Positions 57,911 through 64,000 of a DNA stretch of 64,000 bases are shown here, in pieces; position 1 is the first letter of the stretch, and each line of letters begins with the position of its first letter. This DNA is from Camelus ferus (lineage: Eukaryota). The translations under genes were made by a program, and so were the position numbers. Below the pieces are notes generated by a model, which had not been told where the DNA came from, made no database searches, and saw only the letters and a list, made by a program, of their open reading frames with translations. The DNA is taken from contig NC_045705.1 in NCBI RefSeq assembly GCF_009834535.1, positions 70,680,001 through 70,744,000 of the forward strand, written 5' to 3'.

Positions 57911-60169
57911 TCCAAGTCCCTGTGGCCCTGAGGTGTCGACGGCGGGGCTGGCTTCCTGGGGCCCTGCTACCTGATGGTGCTTTCCCGAGGGACCCGGGTC
58001 TTGCCAGCCAACGGCTTCCTCGGAGGGGTCACCCGCCAGGCGACCCAGCCGAGCTGGTCAGCGGTGGGCTGTGGCGCCCGCACCGTGGCTACCACCTGGT
58101 CGCAGTAGTTTTGCGACGAGGCCTGATGTCAGAGGCTGAATGTGGAAAGTCTGGCGGAGACAGTGAACAGGGCCCAGGGCAGGGGCCTTCTCCTGGGGAC
58201 CCCCCTCTGGCACTCCCACACACGGTGCCTGGCCTGGTCCTCTGGCTTCAGCCCTCCCTAGATGGGGAACCTGAGCCCTGCTTCCCTGGGTGGACTCTGG
58301 AGGGCTCCTGCAAAGCCTGGCCAGCGTCTGCCTCTGTCTCCTCTGCTGGGAAAGGGGTTGGTGCCCGTGGCTGCAGAGATGGACACCCCCACCCGCTGCC
58401 TTGCTCACTCCTTTCTCGACGGCGGCCCCAGCTCTGTCCTGTGGGCACCACCAGCCCAGCCCTGACCCCCTGGGACAGGGAGAGGGGTCACAGAGCTTGT
58501 CCCTCTCTGGAGACCCGGTGCCAGCGGTGGGGGAGGAAGGAGGCAGGAGGCTGCGCGACCCATGGGCTGTGGGCTCTCAGTGAACACGGGCCCCAGGATG
58601 GCCCGGGTCAGGTGCAGCGCCGCCCAGATGCCCACCGGGACTGGGCCTCACCCCGACCCCGTGCAGAGCCAGGCTGCCAATCCTGCCCTGGCAGTGGCAC
58701 CCTGGGAAGGAGGGGAGCCCTCTGCAGGCACACCTGCCCAGGAAAGCCCCCACATTGGGACCCCCCGCCCCGGGCCCAGCTGGCCCTGCCCTGGAATCCT
58801 CTAGATTCTCTGGAGCTGTGGGGCCCCACCCCTACCTGGAATTCCATCAGCTATCTGATGAACAGGGTCGGGAAGGCTCGCAGGCCTCCCACACCCTGCC
58901 TGGGGCTGCCTCAGAGCCCCACTCCTGTGACCTTGAGAATGTGTCAGTTCTGGTCCTCAGGTCCCGTGGGTCCCAGGGCCGTTGAGAAGGGCAACCAGGA
59001 TGACAGTGTTGGACTCTGTTCTGACCCCACGGTTGCCTGGGCAGTGGGAAGGGAGGACCTGGGGTCACAGGGAAGAGGATCTCAGACGCCCCACCCCGTG
59101 TAGGCTAGCCCACCCCTCTCTTCCCAGCCTCTCCCCAGGGCCATTGGCTGGCCGGGCCTGTACTCCAGACAGCGGCTCCTGCCCCTTTTCAACCCACCGC
59201 CTCCTGGTGGTCCGGATCTGGAGGAGGACGGGGAACAGAGATGGACTGACGGCCAGGCGAGCCTCAAGGCCTCCGCCCCTGCCCAGAGGGAGGCGGCGTC
59301 CTGGGGGATGGAGGACAGGCGGCAGGTCAGGAAACCCTGGATGGTCAGCCTTGCCCGGCCTCGGCTGGGTGTGGGGCTCAGCTGCGGGTGCTGCTGCCCT
59401 GCCTGCCGCAGGGAGAGCTGGGGTGCCTCAGTGCCACCACTCAGCCCCACCACCTAAGCTGGGCGGCTTTGACCTCCGGTACCATCACCCTGGGGCTGAG
59501 AGTTCCCCATGCTTCCAGAAGCTCCTTGACTTCGGTCAAAACTGGGTGGTCATGAGGTGGCCCAGGGCTGTACCCCAGCCCCCTGGAGGCCACCCACCAC
59601 AGCCTCCAGTTGGGAGAAGGCCCCGCTCCCGAGGGGTGTGCAACCACCTCAAAGGTGCATCTAAGAGGCCCTGGAGGTGGAGCTTCGGGGTGGGGCCTGG
59701 GTGCCCTGGGGTCTCGAGGTGGGGGGCGTTTCCTCTTGACCCAGGGTCGGGCTGGGCTGGCGGGCCTTTCCCTCTGGGGATGGAGTGCTGGCCGCCCTGT
59801 GCTCCTCGGGCCCCTCCACCCTCTGCTGGGCCCTTTGATGTCCCCAAACTGGCAGGGGCGGGACCCAAAAGCTTCCTCCGGCCCCTTTGAAGCTGGGCAC
59901 TGCCCTGTGGCCCCCACGCAGCAGAATGCGGGAGGCTTGGAGTTCACCCAGGTCTCCGGGGAGGTGTGCGGCCCCCAGCCTGGGTCAGACCCATCGGTGA
60001 AGGTGACCTCCGATGGAGTCTGTACTCAGCCCCCAGGGGTCCCACGCAGGTCCTGGTGCCGGGGACTGGAAGGCAGAGCCTGGCTCTGGGCCTCAGGTCC
60101 CCTCTGGCAGGAGGAGCCAGCCAGTGAGGCTCAGGGCCCACCCCACGGCGGGGCGGGAGGGGCAGGGCC

Positions 60170-60430
60170 AGTCTTATCAAGGCGGCCGCCTGCCACCCCA
60201 CCTGCAATGGATGGAGATGGGGAGCCCAGCCATAAACCGTTTGTTCCCCTGAACAAGAGAGGGAGTAGGAACACAACCCCATAAAACTGAGCCAGAATCA
60301 AAGCTGTCTTATCTCTGCATTTTGCTATAAAATCGCAGAATCAGAAAGGCAGCGGCCTCTTTATGGCTCAGGATTGCACAGACTTCCGGGTGAGCGTGGC
60401 TGTGCGGAGGCCGCCGCCCACGCAGGTGCC
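60170..60430. promoter_or_regulatory. CDX/GATA/TCF/E-box/TATA motif cluster, candidate distal enhancer or lncRNA promoter
   Basis: CCATAAA x3 (60230, 60279, reverse 60360), GATA x2 (60173, 60308), ATCAAAG (60297), TATAAAA (60326), E-boxes CACCTG (60199) and CAGGTG (60423). Confidence 0.55.
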
Positions 60431-63400
60431 CGGGCTGAGGCGGGAGGGCCGCGTGGAGCCCAGCCTCCCGCCGAGGGGGCCTGCAGAAGGCCCTGCCAAG
60501 GCGCCCCCAGACGCACGTGGGCTCGTGTTCCCTCCTGGGCCTCCTGCGGCCACCAGGAGGGGTAAGCCGTTCCCACAGGCCCTCCCAGCCTCCGTGAGGC
60601 TGGCACAAGCTTGGCCAGGCTGACTGCTGGCCTTGGCGGCCACCGGGAACACAGCAGCAATGGCCCCGCCTACGCTGGGCTGGGGTCTGGTGGGGTCTCC
60701 TGGCCTGGGGCCTGTGCCACCTGGTTTCTGCAGAAGACCCCCCTCCCCACCTTCCTGGGACTCCTAGACCCTCAAGAAACCCACTAGAAGGGTGGGTCTG
60801 CATGGGGAGGGGCTGTGCTGAGGCCTCTGGGAGCAGCAGACACACCCTGCCCTCTGGTGGGGATGGAGCAGCCCAAAGCACAGCATGGAGGCTACAGAGG
60901 TGCCCAGGTGCCCTCTCTCCCCAAGTAAAGCCTTCCCCAGGCTCCTGGGGCTTCCCCATCCCCTGAGGGGAGGGACCCGCTGGGACCTGGAATCTCGGGC
61001 AGCCAGGCAGTTACTCTGCAGACCTGGGGGCTCCATCAGAGACTTCCGTATGCACCCTGGCAGAGGTGGGGCACGGGCACACACACACTTGCCCACTGAC
61101 ACGCACAGCACACACCCGGGCGCTGCGAACGCGCACGCACCCACATGCAGATCCAGGGCCTGCCCTGCGCCACGTGCTTGGACCTGTGCAGCTCCCGAGC
61201 ACGCGGGCCTGCGGCTGCCACGCTTCCTGCACACTTCACCTCCCTCCTAACAACGCCCGGGCCTGCGGCTCCTCCGGAGAATCTGGCAGCCCTTCCCTGC
61301 AAACAGGACCGAAGTGTTGTGACTCCGAATTGCAGAGCTCCTCGAGGTGGGGCCGGTGGGGGGGTGCTAAACTCCGTGGCAGGGGCTGGACCAGCCTGCC
61401 TCCCCCTCCACCCAGGGCTGTCCCAGCCATGGAAGAACCACCCCCAGCCCTGCCCAGCTCTGTGACTCTCACGCCCGCACCCCTGCGGGTGAGCATGGTC
61501 CTGCATGCAGGGGCCCGGGAGGACCCCTTCCGCAGGGGCATTGCAGGCATGGGCCGGGGTGGGGCATGCCCAGTGGCCTGCCATCTCTGCGGCACCCAGG
61601 GCGACACTCTCCACTTCCCTCTGAGCCCTGGATGGGCTGGTCTGCAGGGAGCGTTCTGGCAACGCCTTTGCTCAGGGATGCCAGGCGGGTGCAGGCCCTG
61701 GGCGAGGTGGGGGAATCTGGCCTCAGAGGCCCTGCTCCCTGCTTAGGGCAGAGCCCGGTGGGTATCCAGCACAAGTTCTCAGTGACCCCCTTGGAGGTGT
61801 GGGGCGGGGGAGCCCGTCTGGTTCCGAGAAGGCTTCCTGGAGGGGGTGGCCTTTCAGCTGGGCCTAGAAGACAAGGCGGCATGGCCAAGCAGTCAGCTCC
61901 TAGCGTCCTCCTGGGGTGCTGAGAGCGCCTTCGGGGGTGTGCTGAGCGGGTGCGTGCACCTGCCTGCCCCGGTCTTCTCTCGGGACATATTTGACGTTAG
62001 CTCGGCGTGCAGAGGGCCAGCCAGGACTTGGACAGTCACGGAGTCAGCAGCTGGTACCGCCCGGCCCGGCTGTGAGGACCAGGGGACCAGAGCCTGCGCG
62101 TTACGCTGACTATTCACCAGGTTGGACGTCGGGAGGGGGCTGGGGTTTAGCAAACGGGAGGCCTGTCAGGCCTGTTTGCGAGAGACTGTCTCAGAGCTCA
62201 GAGGCCGGAGCTGGGTGTCTACGCCGGAAATGTGGATTTAGAGGGCGTCTGCACAGAGCGAAGGTCTCTCTTCAGCGTCTCCATCCTCACCCCTCCACCA
62301 TCCCTCCGTCTGCCCGTCTCCCGTCCAGCCCCTCGCTCCCGCTTCACCTCCACAGCTCTTTGTGCATTTGTCCGTCCACCCGTCCATCCATCTATCCATT
62401 AAATCTCACCCCTTCGACTGAGCAAACGGATATGAACTGAAATACAACTGATTTCTGATTAGATTGTGAACTTTTGGGGCGGGGGGCAGAGTCCCCCTGT
62501 CTCTGGAAGCCCAGAGAGTCACGGCCCACAGCAGGCTCCCAGGAATCTCTGTTGGATGAGTGAAGCATTCAGAAGAGATCAGACTGTCACATTTACCCAG
62601 TTCCTTCGAAAAGACCTGTCCTTTTTCCCCTTCCCAGGGGCCTGGAGAGTGCGTGGCTATCGGTCAGTGGTGATGCCGCGCTGGGCTGGCATGTGGGTGG
62701 GCCCTGTCCATCTTCTGGACGCTTCTTGTGCCTGAGCGAATGCGAGAGGACAGGCAAGGGGGACAGGCAGGCGCTGGGCACACCGGGGCGGGTGGCCGGA
62801 TGTGGGGGGTGGATGGGAAGAGGGGGTGTGCGGAGGCCCCAGGCCAAACATTCCCCAGCCAAGCACCAGGGCGGGTGCTGGGCGGGGTGGGGCTGCCTCA
62901 GAGGTGCGAGGTGGGAGCCTGCCATGGGCTCTGGAGGACCAAGGGGCCGGAGGCTCTGGGCTGAAGTCACACCCAGCTGGTCGGCTGGCCCGACAGTGGT
63001 AGGAGTGGAGAGACCACCCCAGCTGGACCCTGCCCAGCGCTGACCGCTGCCGGCCCCCCAGTGCTGGGAGCAGGCCTGTGCAGAAGTAGCCCTGGGGCCA
63101 GTCGCCCCCCTTTCCTGGAGGTGCTGCCCACCAGCCCACCTCAGCCCAGGCAGCAGCCTCCCTGCCAGGGGTCTAGGTGGGCAGTTTCCTCACGGGGGGA
63201 TCGTGACGGTCACTCAGCTGGCCAGAGGCTCCACCCAGAGGCTCCAGGCTCAGGAAGATCTGGGCCGAGGAGAGAAGGGGGCCTTGACACTGGAAATCCC
63301 GCATGCGGGTGCGGGGTGCCCCAGGCATCCACCATGCGATATCGGCCTGTCTTTCAACACCCCGACCCACGGCCTCCCCTTGTGCCAGGTGGTCTGGGGC

Positions 63401-64000
63401 AGAGGGCGCCTGGGGCAGGGAGCACAGTCAGTGAGGCCCCATGGAGATGGGGACCCCTGCAGGCAGGACCAGGGTGTTCCGGGTCCGGAGTGTGCAGGGC
63501 TCTGGAGTCTGGCCCAGGCCTCCATTCTCTGGGCTCTGCCGACCGCCCGGGCCCCACTGCCGTCCCTCCCAGGCTCTGGCAGGCACGTGCAGCGGGATGG
63601 GGGGGGTCCACGCTCCTGCAAGGTCTCCCCCTCACTCCCAGGCTGGGAGCCCCGGATGGGCTGTGTCCGAGCCCTCCAGCCCCGAGTGGCATATTCCTGC
63701 AGGTGTGGGCTGTGCAGGCCCCGAGGGACGGGCCTTGGTCTGCTGTTCATGCTGACCATCCTCCACGCTGCCCGTCGTGGCGGTCAGGCTGCCCTGGGCA
63801 GACAGGCCGGGCTGAGGTGGCCAGGTCCTGCCCCAGGTGTGGCCAGGGTCCTGGGCTGGGCATGTCTGCGGGGTCAATTCTGTGACCCTGCAGGCACGGT
63901 GACTTTGGGGTGCTGGCCCTGGGGAGGCCAGAGTCTCGAGACCAGGATGGCTTCATTCTTTGTCCCCCCAGGACTGGACACATGGAGCTGGCTGAGAACA

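Noticed and set aside
57922-59890. 393-aa and 302-aa plus-strand ORFs as TH or another gene
   Set aside because: No TH or other recognisable peptide, non-ATG starts and GC-driven composition; TH is expected further downstream.
1-64000. CRISPR arrays, rRNA, operon-like or prokaryotic systems; strong CTCF boundary sites
   Set aside because: The sequence is mammalian with no repeat-spacer arrays or rRNA. I found only multi-mismatch CTCF-like strings; a PWM scan would be needed.

Overview
Mammalian genomic DNA, most likely camelid: five copies of a short tRNA-Ala-derived SINE with the vic-1-like head and tail are present. The only supportable protein-coding gene is ASCL2 (+ strand, CDS 18172-18753, 193 aa bHLH factor), set in a CpG island, with an intron in the 3' UTR and two AATAAA signals. 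By synteny recalled from human and mouse, this is the ASCL2 to TH interval at the edge of the imprinted KCNQ1OT1 (IC2) domain; TH and TSPAN32 are not in the window. The rest is transposon relics and GC-rich unique DNA: a nested, nearly complete ERVL provirus (about 5.6-13.4 kb), a second ERVL pol fragment, large mostly minus-strand LINE-1 blocks, MLT1/MLT2 LTRs, MER20, L2 and a solo ERV LTR. Nearly all long ORFs in the track are chance products of high GC or repeat remnants. I see no new protein-coding system. The best leads are regulatory or evolutionary: (1) a CpG island at about 43.9-44.2 kb that appears to have formed de novo from AT-rich old LINE-1 by strongly AT-to-GC-biased substitution, with two smaller peaks of the same kind; (2) a dense CDX/GATA/TCF/E-box/TATA cluster at about 60.2-60.4 kb, a candidate distal ASCL2 enhancer or lncRNA promoter; (3) an open in-frame N-terminal extension and an overlapping out-of-frame uATG at ASCL2; (4) a solo LTR with an intact-looking CCAAT array, octamer and TATA; (5) a composite SINE plus orphan-3'UTR insertion. 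Repeat family names come from recalled consensus sequences, not a database search, and repeat boundaries are approximate.
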